Origin: Eledone cirrhosa
Lineage: Eukaryota
Direction of reading: 5' to 3'
Assembly: GCA_964016885.1 (NCBI GenBank)
Contig: CAXHJY010000629.1
Span: 1-63,010, forward strand
DNA length: 63,010 nt
Shown here one piece after another: positions 12,941 to 28,900 of this stretch (position 1 is the stretch's first letter; every line of letters starts with the position of its first letter). The position numbers were made by a program, and so were the translations under genes. The notes under the pieces are model-generated. The model worked only from the letters and a program-made list of their open reading frames with translations. It made no database searches and was not told the DNA's origin.

Positions 12941-13187
12941 GTATGTATATGTATATATATGTATATGTATGCATACATGTGCGTACATGCGTGCATATGT
13001 ATGTATGTGTATACATGCATGTGTGTGTGTGTGTATACATATGTATGTATATATATGCATACATGTGTATATGTATGTATGTATGTATGTATGTGTGTAT
13101 GTGTGTGTGTATGTGTATATATATGTATGTATGTGTGTATGTGTGTGTGTATGTGTGTATATATGTATGTATGTGTGTATATGTATG

Positions 13188-13377
13188 TCAGGTCACCAGT
13201 TGGTGCTAATGGTGACATGTATCCCAGTACAACCTGTCCCATGGTCGGGTCGTTGGCGACTAAACTGGCAACCCCACCCAGGTTTCTTGGTGAGGAGGGT
13301 GACTTTGGACATCCTGCAGGACTAAAAACAAAACCTGTCAAAGGGTAAAGGAGCTCTTAAGAGTCAATGGCCATCCA

Positions 13378-13380
<3 letters not shown>
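13188..13380 (+). mobile_element. Short RTE-related non-autonomous fragment
   Basis: ggcgactaaactggcaacccc...aaaacctgtcaaaggg resembles RTE 5'UTR sequence; it ends in gagtcaatggccatccac followed by microsatellite. Confidence 0.4.
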
Positions 13381-16410
<3,030 letters not shown>

Positions 16411-16648
16411 TGCAAAACACGTATATGTATGTATATATATATGTAAACTTTTATATATAATAATCTCCCATTAGGTTGAGATACAAATTTGGCTGTATTG
16501 TGCTGTGCTTTCGAGCAAAAAAGCCACCAGTCGTAAGCAACTACCACACCCCTTCCAAGCTGACCGCGACTACGTCACGATTCCTAGCCATTTTGAATGA
16601 ATTCTTGGCGCGATCACTTTGGAAAATTTAGTGTCTAGATCAGAGCAA

Positions 16649-16746
16649 ATCTCCTGATGAATCCGGTGCTAGAGTTATATAATTATTATATAATTATTAC
16701 ATAATTATTGGAAATCTCAAAATGCGGATGAAACCATGGTAGAGGT
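16649..16746 (+). ncRNA. Type I hammerhead ribozyme (family C) with a long loop II; cleavage after A16741
   Basis: atctc-CTGATGA-atccg-(59 nt)-cggat-GAAAC-catg-GTA-gaggt; stem III is the palindrome accatggt. Confidence 0.82.
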
Positions 16747-17316
16747 ATTTAAATGTATTCTATTTTGTCTTAGTTTATTTTACACCTAATTCTGTTTAGT
16801 TGACTGTATCTGGGCGATTACGCTGTAGAAATATTCGATAAATATTCCGTTGCGGCCGACGCGGAGGGCTAGTTACGGTTATTTGTTGGAGATTTCTTCA
16901 TAGAAGCCTCATTCTTATAACCTGGTCTATTTGATTTTTGATATAGTTAATTATGCTAATTGGGAGAGGAAATGGTATATATTTTATCTTGTGATTCTAT
17001 AGACATGCTTTATGATATATAGCTCTGATTATTTAATTTATTAAATTTTCATTGAGCCACAAAGTGACCCGTTGCAAAACATGTATATGTATATGTATGT
17101 ATATATATATGTAAACTTTTATATGTAATAATCTCCCATTAGGTTGAGATACAAATTTGGCTGTATTGTGCTGTGCTTTCTAGCAAAAAAGCCACCAGTC
17201 GTAAGCAACTACCACACCCCTTCCAACCTGACCGCGACTACGTCACGATTCTTAGCCATTTTGAATGAATTCTTGGCGCGATCACTTTGGAAAATTTCGT
17301 GTCTAGATCAGAGCAA

Positions 17317-17403
17317 ATCTCCTGATGAATCCGGTGCTCGAGTTATATAATTATTACGTAATTATTGGAAATATCAAAATGCGGATGAAACCATGGTAGA
17401 GGT
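17317..17403 (+). ncRNA. Type I hammerhead ribozyme (family C) copy 2; cleavage after A17398
   Basis: Same core and stems as 16649-16746; loop II is 11 nt shorter. Confidence 0.82.
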
Positions 17404-17671
17404 ATTTAAATGTATTCTATTTTCTCCTAGTTTATTTTACACCTAATTCTGTTTAGTTGACTGTATCTGGGCGATTACGCTGTCGAAATATTCGATAAAT
17501 ATTCCGTTGCGGCCGACGCGGAGGGCTAGTTTCGGTTATTTGTTGGAAATTTCTTCATAGAAGCCTCATTCTTATAGCCTGGTCTATTTGATTTTTTATA
17601 TAGTTAATTATGCTAATTGGGAGAGGAAATGGTATATATTTTATCTTGTGATTCTATAGACATGTATTATG

Positions 17672-17718
<47 letters not shown>

Positions 17719-17752
17719 TTACATGAAACAAAGTTCTGTTTAAATCATTTAT

Positions 17753-17801
17753 CTGCTTACAATTGTTTCTTCCAAACCGAGGTTTGGAGTCTTCGGAGCA
17801 A
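17753..17801 (-). ncRNA. Type I hammerhead ribozyme motif (family D) with a U4C core change (CCGAAGA)
   Basis: Minus strand reads ttgct-CCGAAGA-c-tccaaac-ctcg-gtttgga-a-GAAAC-aatt-GTA-agcag. It lies in a unique block of about 400 bp (17716-18110) bounded by TA tracts. Confidence 0.65.
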
Positions 17802-18109
17802 TTATTCAGTGATTTTTAACATACTTGACCTCCTTTTCAACACAAGAGACATATAGAAACATGTATATATTGACCCACAGTGGGTTGACACTCATCATAA
17901 TAATATAGCATGGTAATTTACATACAAAGATTACAGTCATATTAAAGGACAAAATTAAAATAAAACATTGGCAGTCTACTAAGATAAAGCAAAAGGAAAG
18001 TTTGGAGTAGCCAGTGTATGGAACAGTCACACGTGTGGCATGCACACGTGTCCTATTTATACAAGATTATAGTGCGGCAGATTGTTACAATTAAAACAAG
18101 CAGTCAAGC

Positions 18110-18115
18110 AAACAT

Positions 18116-18154
<39 letters not shown>

Positions 18155-18227
18155 ATTGCATATATATATATATATAAACATTGCATATATATATATATAA
18201 ACATTGCATATATATATATATAAACAT

Positions 18228-18266
<39 letters not shown>

Positions 18267-18293
18267 ATTGCATATATATATATATATAAACAT

Positions 18294-18335
<42 letters not shown>
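18110..18335. repeat. AAACATTGCA(TA)n microsatellite
   Basis: Same motif as 15935-16410. Confidence 0.95.
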
Positions 18336-18874
18336 CAATGTTTTTATTTATTCAAATTCGGAAGACATCCTACGAGAACATAAATTTATATATTCGGTGT
18401 TTTGCATTTATTTTTAATTAAAATAATTGGCGCTAATTAACTCAGTGAATGTGTTTGTTTTTATTTTATTTATTTCTTAGCTGAAACTGAATCAATATTT
18501 CATAGAAACAAATGCAGAAAATCAGAAATTCAACAAAACAAATGATTCGTAGAAATAAATTTATACATCATTGGAGTCGTCCGAAAGAGCGAATGTGAGA
18601 ATTTTAAAGACGATCCCATTCGTTATTTCGAAGGATTTAACTAATCCCATCTACATAATTGAATATTTTAAACCTCACACAAGCCACCCACTTCTCTCAC
18701 CATGTCTTACTTCCTCTACAAACTCCTTCCCAATATCACCTATCTCATTATTTTCAATTTAATAAGCCAATTTTTTATCAATTTTTATTTCAGCATTATT
18801 TCTAAAGATTCGAAAGAAGAAACCATGATAAAATACTATTCGTACACGTATTCATTTTTATTATTCGCTTCACT

Positions 18875-19045
18875 TGAGTCGGTAGAGTGTCAGACAATAT
18901 GCTTTGCGGCCCTTTACGTTCTGAGTTCAAATTCTGCCATGGTTAGCTTTGTCTTTCATCCTTCGATAAAATAAAGTGCCAGTAATGCGCTGGGGTCGAT
19001 TTCATCGACTTTCCCTCCCCCAAAATTGTTGGCCACAAAATATTA
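18875..19045 (+). mobile_element. tRNA-derived SINE with a Meta/MESC-like central domain
   Basis: gttctgagttcaaattctgcc...tttgtctttcatccttcgataaaataaagtgccag. Other copies lie at about 5270-5400(-), 19440-19625(-), 24845-25020(+), 41810-41950(-) and 47325-47530(-). Confidence 0.75.
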
Positions 19046-20436
19046 TTCACTTCATTCTTATTACTCTGCTTCTATTATTGAGTATTTTACAACCATTATT
19101 GCATGTTTGTACATTGTGTGTGTTGAAACTTGACCGCAAGGATTCCCGTTATTCGAACAACAAAATTGCCAATAAAATCAACGTGCAAATTCATGAACAA
19201 TCTAGACACGCGCACTCAGTATGTGACAAATCTGGCCTTTTGAATTAGAGGTAAAACTCATTTTGTCAGCTGACTGGAATGGAGCAGCGCGAAATAAGAT
19301 GTTCAAGGAAACAATGTACCGAAATCACTGCCTTACGTTTGTGAGCTAAACACCCTGGCCAGTAAGCCATGTGCCTTTGTTATTGTTATTGTGAATAGTA
19401 GGATTTCAAATGTGGAAGGGAAAATGCATCCATAGCAGAAATAATTGTTTCTACTTTTGACTCAAGGCCAGCAATAACCTAGTGCATTACTGGTACTTTA
19501 TTTTATCGACCTCGTAAGGATGAAAGGCAAAGTTAACCTCAGCGGGATTTGAACTCAGAATGGCAAGGGCCGTAACTCAATGCGTCAAAGCATGGCGTCC
19601 GACCCTCTACCGATACTATAGCAGAAATAATGGTTTCTCATTCTAAACATCTTCTGTTGTTGTTCCTAGCAGTTGAAAGGCGACGAACTGGCTGAGTCAT
19701 TAAAAGGTCAGATAAAATGATTTGTGGCATTTACTTAAGGTTCTTGATGTCGATAAATAAAGTCCAGTACTTGGATCAATTCTTCCTCTATAACTCTTTA
19801 TCTCTTCTCCCCGCCCTCTATTTCCAGAAGAGATCAGCTATAGATCAGACCTGGAGAGGTATGTGTCTTATAGGTTTTAAATGCCCGCGACACGTCGTAT
19901 GTCACGACGGTGTCCCTACAATCAAGGTTGCATTCAGACCTTGGAGGCCCCTCATGCACAAACGATTAGAATACACATCAAGTAATTGGAATTGAAAAGT
20001 TATACATACAAGTATTAAATTAAAAAAATATCTAACCAACCTAAAACTAAAAGCCCAGCTGAGGGACAAATAAATTGCTGCGGCCATCACTGGAGCACCC
20101 CCCCCCCCCGCACCTTACATCCCGCCCTGCCTACAATCCATGGTGATAGTCATATAACATAGTATGTTTCATTTTTCTTCCATTAGCAAACATATTTTAT
20201 TGCTGTACGAAAAACTTATCACGCGTTTAAATGAAAAGAAAAGACAAATCTGGTAGATTATCTTTAGATTAATTACTGAGATTTGAAAGTGACTTATGAA
20301 GAAAAATATATACTAACACGTTTACACATCTGATTTGACAAAGGAATCTAAGCTAAAAATCTGCTTGGTCATGGCTGATGACAAAATTCTTTAAAATAGC
20401 AAGTTTATTCTGTGTATATATATATATATATATATA

Positions 20437-20622
20437 TGATGGCTGCCCCCTCGTTATTGAGTATGGTCATTGCACGATATAACATTATTAATAATTATTA
20501 ATTAATTCTATCGTGCAATGCCTGTGCGTGAAAATACTTTTTTAAGTGAGGAAAGACTGTGCACTGAGCCAATCCCACTCTCTGAGCGACCCGAAGAGAA
20601 GAAAATATCAACATCATCGGTA
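20437..20622 (-). mobile_element. Diverged relative of the 11441-11853 RTE-derived element
   Basis: Shares caatgcctgtgc...gtgag...tgcac...gccaatcccactctc...tcaacatcatcgg with that element. Confidence 0.6.
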
Positions 20623-20663
20623 ACTACACACATATATATATATATATGTGTGTATATATATAT

Positions 20664-20694
<31 letters not shown>

Positions 20695-20804
20695 CATATA
20701 TACATACATACACACACACTCACATTCAGATAGATATATATATGTATATATATACACACATATTCAGATACATATATATATACACACATATATTATTCAG
20801 ATTA

Positions 20805-20836
<32 letters not shown>

Positions 20837-20879
20837 TCAGAGATATATGCATAAATATATATATACATATATATATATA

Positions 20880-21060
20880 GCTGTTTCTACTTTAGGCACA
20901 AGGCCAGCAATTACCCAGTGCATTACTGGTACTTTATTTTATCGACCCCGTAAGGATGAAAGGCAAAGTTAACCTCGGCGGGATTTGAACTCAGATCGTA
21001 AAGGGACGTAACTATGCTGGAAAGCATGGCGTCCGACCCTCTACCGATACTGCCAATCCA
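20880..21060 (-). mobile_element. Young Meta-like tRNA SINE copy
   Basis: Near-identical to the copies at 32305-32490 and 43345-43520. Confidence 0.8.
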
Positions 21061-21509
21061 TATATATATATAGCGCGTATATATATTATGTGTTTGTGTA
21101 AGGTTCACTAATCAGTAATCTGAGGACTCAGGCGACATGTCTATTGGAGTAAGCATATCAACAGGCTAATATTGTTTTTATTTCCCTCTCCCACAGCCGT
21201 TAAAATACATGACATGACAAGACCGTAGGTTGAAAAAACGAAAAAGCTGACCGACTGGCGCATAAAAAATTGTTTTTATAACGAAACATTCAAACGCATA
21301 GGAATATATCTGATACATCATTTTTTCAACACTTGTTAATTTAGTAACGAAAATTAATTTTTTTTTCTTCTTCCATTAGTCGTTCGGGTGCGTAAAAAGT
21401 CTCTTGAGTGCCTTTTATCAAGGTTTTACATTAGAAATATGAGCGTGATTGACATGTAATGTACATTTAGAGACTGTGATGGCACTTGGTTGAATGGACA
21501 AAGTGTTCG

Positions 21510-21765
21510 TCTCACGCGGTCGCTTTCCGGGTGGTTTACAGTCGAGCCCGTATCAGTGGAGACATCTGGTGTCCTTGGACTTAGGACCACCTTCCTATTC
21601 ACTACCATCGGCACGGAGTTGGCTACCCGCAGGTGTGAGCCTCGCAAGCCGGAATGGTTCTTCCAACGCGTCTCCCTCACCATCCTCCGTGGAAACACCT
21701 TCTCTGTTCTGTCTGCCGGGACCGCGGTGCGACCAGCGCGTGGCCTCCCATTTGCATATAATAGT
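21510..21765. promoter_or_regulatory. CpG-rich GC island with an octamer motif (ATTTGCAT, 21750-21757); function unknown
   Basis: About 20 CpG in about 250 bp against an AT-rich background; no similarity to other repeats in the window. Confidence 0.35.
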
Positions 21766-24700
21766 GAGAGGTGGGGGAGAGCGAGAGAGATGGAGGCAGT
21801 GAGTGAAAGAAAGAGAATATCAACACACACATGTACTAGAAGTCATATCTTTTGTCGTGTTAAATCTACCCCATCGGTCAAGACAAACACGAGGCGCGTG
21901 AACTGGCACGTACATACGCACACCATATAGGAAAGGAATACGGCACACCCACACTACATAGCCAGAACACCTCGGCATCACGCGATTGTGAATTCAATTC
22001 CCGACAGCGCATTGTGTCCTTGAGCAAGATACTTTATTTCACATCGATGTTCCCCAAGCAGGCAAAAATGAGTTGTACCTGTTTTTAGGGAGCCAAGATT
22101 GTCACCACGTTACACTGAATCTCCTTAAGAATTGCACTATACACAATTTTACAAGTAGGCTGTTCTGTTGTTCGAACAACTGTAACCGATGGAGATCCAG
22201 CATGCACACACACATTAACTTTCGCCCTTAATTACGCGTAAGACGTGACAACAAAGTCAGAGCTCATTTCGCGTGGGGCTTACAATAACAGGAACACGGG
22301 CACTCGTGAAAATAACTTCTTATAACAAAGAGATATTCCTTTTGTAAACATTGTCTTCATTGGTTCTAGACGTGTACAAAAGGGAAAAATAACGATCCCC
22401 ACACTTGTCAACATGGGAGTGTAAAAATACCGAGTCGAGTATCTTTATAGAAATCGATAAAATGAAATACCAGTCAAGTATTGTGATCGATGCAATCGAC
22501 TTTCTCCTCTTTCTACACATTGCACGCCTTGTGCCTAAATTCGAAACCAACATTATTATCAGTTTTAATTTCTTTTTGAATAATTAACCATTCTGCTACT
22601 AAATTGCCTGACACAATTGCCTCAAGTTCTTAGGGGTTAAAACTGCTCGTCATATAGTATTTATACTTACGAAAACCCTGCCATAATAATTTTATGAGAG
22701 AACTTTCTGTTAAGTATTTCTTCAGAAATCAGCTTAATGAGTTAATATTTTAGTATTGAAGTTAAATTCAAACGAATTTTTGAATATTTTCAAAATTAAT
22801 TAAACTTCGAAGGCAGCGTCTTCCATAGAAATGTTAACGAAAAAGAGCTATAAAGCAATACAAATCAAAAAGGAAGTTACGATATTTAAGCCTTTGTTGA
22901 AGGTTCTAAAGCATAAATTGAAACACCCTTAACCCGGAATCAGAACAAAATCGCGGGTTTGGTTGGTATCTATTTAGAACAATAACGATTTATATAAAAG
23001 ATTGAAATAGTATGTTGCCCCACTTAGACAACACAGATTCTTAACTCAAAGACATGATAATATAGATTATGTGTACTCGGATGAGATTCTGTCTGCATTA
23101 ATAAGTGAGCTGAAGTGTGTGTGTGTGAGCACGCGCACGTGTTTATGTACTTTGTAAGAATAGTTTAATGCTGAGCAAGCAGATCCCTGACTAACGGAAT
23201 GTGTGTGTGTGTATGTATAGACACATACATATATACATATATAAATACATACATATACACATACATATATATGAGGAAGTATGTATGTAGTAGATATATA
23301 ATCCATTCTCTAGAAAGAAAGTGTGCTTGTTTGTTAGTTGGGAGGAACTGTGTGTGTGCGTACAAGCGCCCATAGTTGTGTTTCACTCACACACCAACCA
23401 GAACACTATGTATTCTTCGTAGCTCGATATCAAATATCAAAAATATTGTCTTTGGGATTATATTATCGGATTTATTGTGGAGATACTTGGTAAGAGTAAA
23501 AGTAGTTTACTTTTGCTTCGCTTCAGAAAAACAAAGAACAGCCACTAGATAAATATATTGTTTCACTATTGTACTGTTTTTAGAGTAAATTATTTTAAGA
23601 CATGATTTGACGAGGAAAAAAATTACCCCAAATATGCGGTGTATAAAGTTGACATTTTAAGCCTGGAAAAATCTCTCCAATAGGGCTAGACTAATAGAGT
23701 GGGGATGTAATGTGAATCTTTTTAGCTACGTGGTAGACAAATTTCGCAATGGGTTGCATGTAGTTGGTGGTGCCACCAGCAGTTTGTTTACATGTCAAAC
23801 AGAAACAATGAATGCGGTTTTCTTTGAACGTCTTTTACTATATAACATACAGTGTGTATATTATAGTCGTCAGTTAAAACAATGCTTTGAAACCATCAAA
23901 GAGTGCGGTTGACTTAGGTATTTTTGTTGAAGGTGTGCAACTACGTTTTACTATAATATGTAATACATATATAAGCCAATCACTGCCCGCGACACACCTG
24001 GGAGGTCAATAGATCCGATTAAGTATATGTTTGGCCTGTGATGACACGTCGAACTCGTGCTAGCATGGGAGAAACTGACGATATATGATGATGAATGCTA
24101 TCAAGAAATAAAACAAAAGTGAATAAATAAATATATATATGTATATATATATATAGTGTGTGTGCGTTTATTTATTTATTTTATTTTTTTACACGACAAT
24201 CATCACTCTTCCGTAATGTAATTGCTAGTTTCTACATACTATATCACTGATTAAGTCACTCGCCAAGCAAATATAATTCCGAAAATGAATAATATTAGTA
24301 AGAAATAACTCTAAGAGGTTAGTTATCTGAATGTTGTTCACTTCATTTATGGAATAACATTGTAAATGTATCCATTACACCGGAGTTAATTAGGGACCTT
24401 GTGGACCGGTAATAAATTGTTAGTGATACAGGTTTAGTTAAGGGCCTTGATAACAAACGATTACCTTATCTCATATCACTTACATTACAGGTCACCTCCA
24501 GAAATGCATGAATGTCACACAATCTAATTTCATTTCATCTATAAAATACCAAGTCTCGTGTGTATACATGAGAGTAGTATTATATGGGGTGAGTGGTAGT
24601 GTGTATCATAGAGCTGTATTAATTTCGGTGATGAGGAAGAGGTAGTGTGAATACCATGGAGATGAGCGAAATTTTCACCGAATAAAATACCCGACTAGCT

Positions 24701-25769
24701 TTCGATTCCCATGTGTAGTCGTCACGTAGTTTATAGGTTTAATGTACCCCATCCTCAAATTCTATCTTCTCTACATATCTGAAGATTTCTGATTATTATG
24801 TAAGAAAGAAACAATACAACTATTATTATTATTTATTAGAAGAAATGCTTTAAGTATTTCACCTGGCTGTTTATATTCTGAGTTCAAATCCCACCGGAGT
24901 AGACTTTGCCTTTCAGTATCGAAAAAAAAAAAAAGTACGATTTACATATTGAGGTCGATATAATCGACTTGCCCCTATTCAAAAATTGCTGGCATTGTGC
25001 CTAAATCAGAAAAAATTATTACTATTATCATCATCAAAGTGTTAGTGTTTGTCCTAGAGCTTAATATTCATCAAACAAAATATCCGATCACGTTTCGAAT
25101 CCCAAATTAGCCATTTTATATCGTTTACATATCTAATGATCCGCTAATGTCACCCGAAAATTTCCAACCATTCTTTCGGCTTACTGGAAAAAACAAAAAC
25201 AAAATAAAATTTACAATTTACACCCATTAAGATCTACTCTGAGCTTTTATCTCAAAGGTTTCTTTTTTTTTTTTTAATGACAGGGATTCTAATACTATCG
25301 TAAAATGAAGTGTCTGGCTCAAAGACATGGCACCGCCCAGCCCAAGAATTGATACCACGACCGTATGATGATGGCCTGCAACATCTTCACCATTATGCTA
25401 TGCGCAATATGTAAGAGATAAATCAATATAATTATTATTAAGACGGCCTACGTAGAATATAACCAACTGTTTTTTTTATCTACGAGTTCTTGACTGATTA
25501 CTACAATCTTGATTATATATTTTGTAATCTTGGCAAATAAAAATGCTATCTTCTACAATCTCAAAAGAAACAAAACAACTAAATGACGACATTACAGCTG
25601 CGTATCGCAAGAGGAAAAATAGTTGGCTAATTCAGAAGGGTTTGACACCACCGTAGGATTAGTTTAGGGATTTCCTTCAAACCAGGTTTCTGAAGAATCA
25701 GAGATATCTAATAAAACGACTGCACAACAACAAGCAACAAAACTAGTAGCCTTATCGATGCCTGTTATT

Positions 25770-25915
25770 TTGGTGTGTGTTTAAGGAGTTCACTTCACAA
25801 CCACGTGGTTATTGGTCCTGCCCCGCTGTGTGATACATTGAGCAAGTGTCTTCTACTACATAGCCTCAGGTTCACCAAAGTTTTGCGAGTGGAATTTAGT
25901 AGACTATAAATGTAT
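25770..25915 (+). mobile_element. 5' half of a tRNA/CORE-like SINE split by the R4 insertion
   Basis: ttgagcaagtgtcttctacta...gagtggaatttagtagac followed by an internal TA tract; collinear with the intact relative at 47538-47870. Confidence 0.6.
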
Positions 25916-25938
25916 ATGTACATTATATATATATATAT

Positions 25939-28900
25939 AGGAAAATGTTCAAGACTCCGACGGCAGAGCTCAAGCCGTTTCTACGGCTATCTCTCTGTCT
26001 GTATATATGTATGTTATCTCTTTCTCTTAATTTCGAGTATATTTTTTTTTGACCGGCCACCTTCCTGGTGGCAAGGTTGTAAAAGAAAAGAAATTGTCAT
26101 CCCTTGAATCGCAAGAATGTTTTGCAAATTTTGAAGGTGCCAGCTATCGCAGCCATTTGTAGACTATGAATTAGGAAGCTGCGCTTTTTGTCCGCAAATC
26201 CAAGTTCAGTCATACTTTGGTCCAAGCGGGTTGGTATATAACCCGTAGCTCCAATAATGATGGGTATGAAGCTAAAGGTGTATCTTGGATACTGGATTTG
26301 TAAACTCCTCATCAACGGTCCGTAGATGTCCTGCTTCTCCTGTATTTTTCTGACAACGTTTACATCAAGTGGGCAGCTGATCTCCACAACAGAACACGTT
26401 TTCAATGTGTGGTCCCAAACAACAATATCAGGCCGGTTGTGCTTTAATTTGGTGGCAGTTTTTATTTTCAGGTTCCACCAGTATTCCTTGGTGCCATCTG
26501 TCTCAATATATTCTTCCTCGTTTGTTGTTAATTTTGTTTTCCGAAGTGCGTTCCAGATGGTTCTAGCTATCCCATCGTGTCTCATGGGGAGGTAGTAGCG
26601 AGATGACATTCTTTCGCAGCTGGCAACAATGTGGCTTACATCCTCGATCTTTGTTTTACATAGCCTACATTTATTGTCAGCTGCTGGCCCTCCTCTTTTG
26701 TGCAGCAGATATTTGGTAGGGAGCTCTTGTTCCTGTATTGCATAGAGATATCCCTCAAGGTGTGATGTCATAAACTTGTCGGAACTCCGTGCCAGGCTTT
26801 TTGAGTGGTTTATCCCCTCTATGGTCTGTGTTTTACGTCTCAAGTATCCATGCACTACTTTTTCTGTAAATTGGTCAATGTTTTTATCTTGTTTGAACAT
26901 TGAATAGGATCTTCCGATTTCTCTGGGTGAGAGATTTATATCGGGCTTTATTCCATATCTCTCCTCTAGATCAGTGGCTATTCTAATGATATTTTTTTTT
27001 TCATGCTCATAAACCTGGGCAAGATGGTTGCCAACCCTTTTCCTCTGTTGAAGGTGTTGCTTCAGTGTTACGATCCGGGTCTCATATGTTGTTAATATTG
27101 ATTTTAGACCCCGGCCACCTTCTTTGCGTGAGAAGTATAGCCTATCCACATCACCATTGATGTTAAAGTTCCCAGTAACACTGAGAAGTTTGCGAGTTCT
27201 AACATCCATCTCACTTAGTTCTTGCAATGACCAGTTCAGGAGGCCAAATGTTGGCGTTAGAATTGGCACAGCATAAGTACTGTGGGCAATGTATTTGTTG
27301 TACGCTGACAGTTCTGATGACCATATTTTCTTTACTCTTCTGAGGTATTCAGTTCTGGTTCTCTCCTTATTTATGGGTCCATTATATCTGACATTCTCAT
27401 CCTGTCCAAGATATCTGTAGTTGTCACCTCACTGTAGAGGTTGTATTGTCAGGCCGTTCATCTCTAGATTTCTAGAGGAGGGCACAGCTCTTCCACGTTT
27501 TACTGCCAAATATGCACACTTGGACTCACCAAATTTCATTTTGATATCGGTTGAAAATTGTGTAATGAGGTCCAATTGTTTCTTGATGTCATTGATATTT
27601 GGCCCATACAACTTCAGGTCATCAACAAAGAAAAGATGGGAGATACTTCTGGACCCACTTCTTTGTCCACCTTGTTTCCTGAGTAAGTAAGATAGTGAAT
27701 TCAGTGAGAGAACGAAGAGTAGCACTGACAAGCTATCACCCTGAAAGATGCCCTTCTGGTAATATATCTTATCAGTCTTAACTTGCTCCTTCTCACCTCT
27801 AAGGATCAAATTGGTGTACCAGTTCTTGGTCAGGCGTTCAACAGCAGCTACCAATGGTTGTGGGACTTTGGCTAACTGTAAAGCCTTAATAATCCACCCA
27901 TGAGGTACATTATCAAATGCTTTTTGATAGTCCAGCCACACCACAGTCATGTTTCTGCGATTCTTTGTTGTTTTTTCCTGAATCATTTTATTAGTTAGTA
28001 GGTGATCTATGCAACCCCACACCTCCCTCTTTCCACCAGCTTGCTCAGGTGTTATGATGTTGTTGGTAGCACAGTGATCCTGTAAGAACAGGTTAAGGCA
28101 CCCAGTATATAATTTATACATGATGTTTTGACAGGCTATTGGGCGGTAATTTTTAGCAAGGGTGGTTTGGCTATTTTGGGGAATGAGGAGAGTAGTGGCA
28201 GTTGATAACCATCTGGGCAGTTCTTGTGTGCCTTTAATGGTTTCTGTAAACAGCCGTATGAGATCTTGCCGATAGAAAGTGAAATTCTTCAACCAGTACC
28301 CTGTAATGAGGTCTGGGCCTGTCGATTTCCTATTCGACATTTTCTGTAGAGCTGTTTCCAGTATTGACCCATCTATGTTATATTGTTTTGTCTGGACATG
28401 TTGGCAGTAGTCCTGTTCCAGTTCTTTTAGCCAATTAGTTTGTCTGTTGAATCCGTCATCCGTTTCCCATACAGATCTCCAGTAGCTCTCAACCTGTTCT
28501 TTTGAAGGGGTGTCATTTACAGGGATTGAGCTTTTGCCACCGAAGCTGCGATAAACTGATTTAGGTTCTCTGGCAAACAATCTATTTAGCACTTGTCGTT
28601 TATGTGCTGTTGACTTATATTTTAGTCTTTCTGTTGTAGTTGTGAGTTGTTGTTTCAACTGGTGTAATTTGGAGTTCAAAGTTTTAAATTTTGTATCTCC
28701 AAATCGTCTCTCTAACTTTTTTTTTTTAGGTCTTCCTGGTGTAGTGTGAAGTTGCTCTCTATGTTGCATTTCATAACGACTGCGATGTATGAGATACTTC
28801 GTCTCAGGGACAAAATTTTGGTTTTTAAATTTCGCATCCACGCTGGTTCAGGCTTTCTGTTTGTATCTTGATTGCATGGTTTTAGATTTGTGTTATATGA

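Larger units (their letters stand above)
16411..17676 (+). mobile_element. Tandem dimer of an about 660-bp non-coding HHR-bearing unit (16411-17072 and 17073-17676); Penelope pLTR / retrozyme-like
   Basis: tgcaaaac starts at 16411 and 17073. The copies are about 97% identical by manual count, with an 11-nt indel. Each carries a hammerhead. Confidence 0.85.

Noticed and set aside
21426-21930. Overlapping 100-146 aa ORFs as coding sequence
   Set aside because: High GC content explains the open frames; there is no recognisable domain or convincing splice donor.
24779-24820. CTGAAGA-tttct...agaaa-GAAAC hammerhead-like string
   Set aside because: No stem III, NUH triplet or stem I partner follows.
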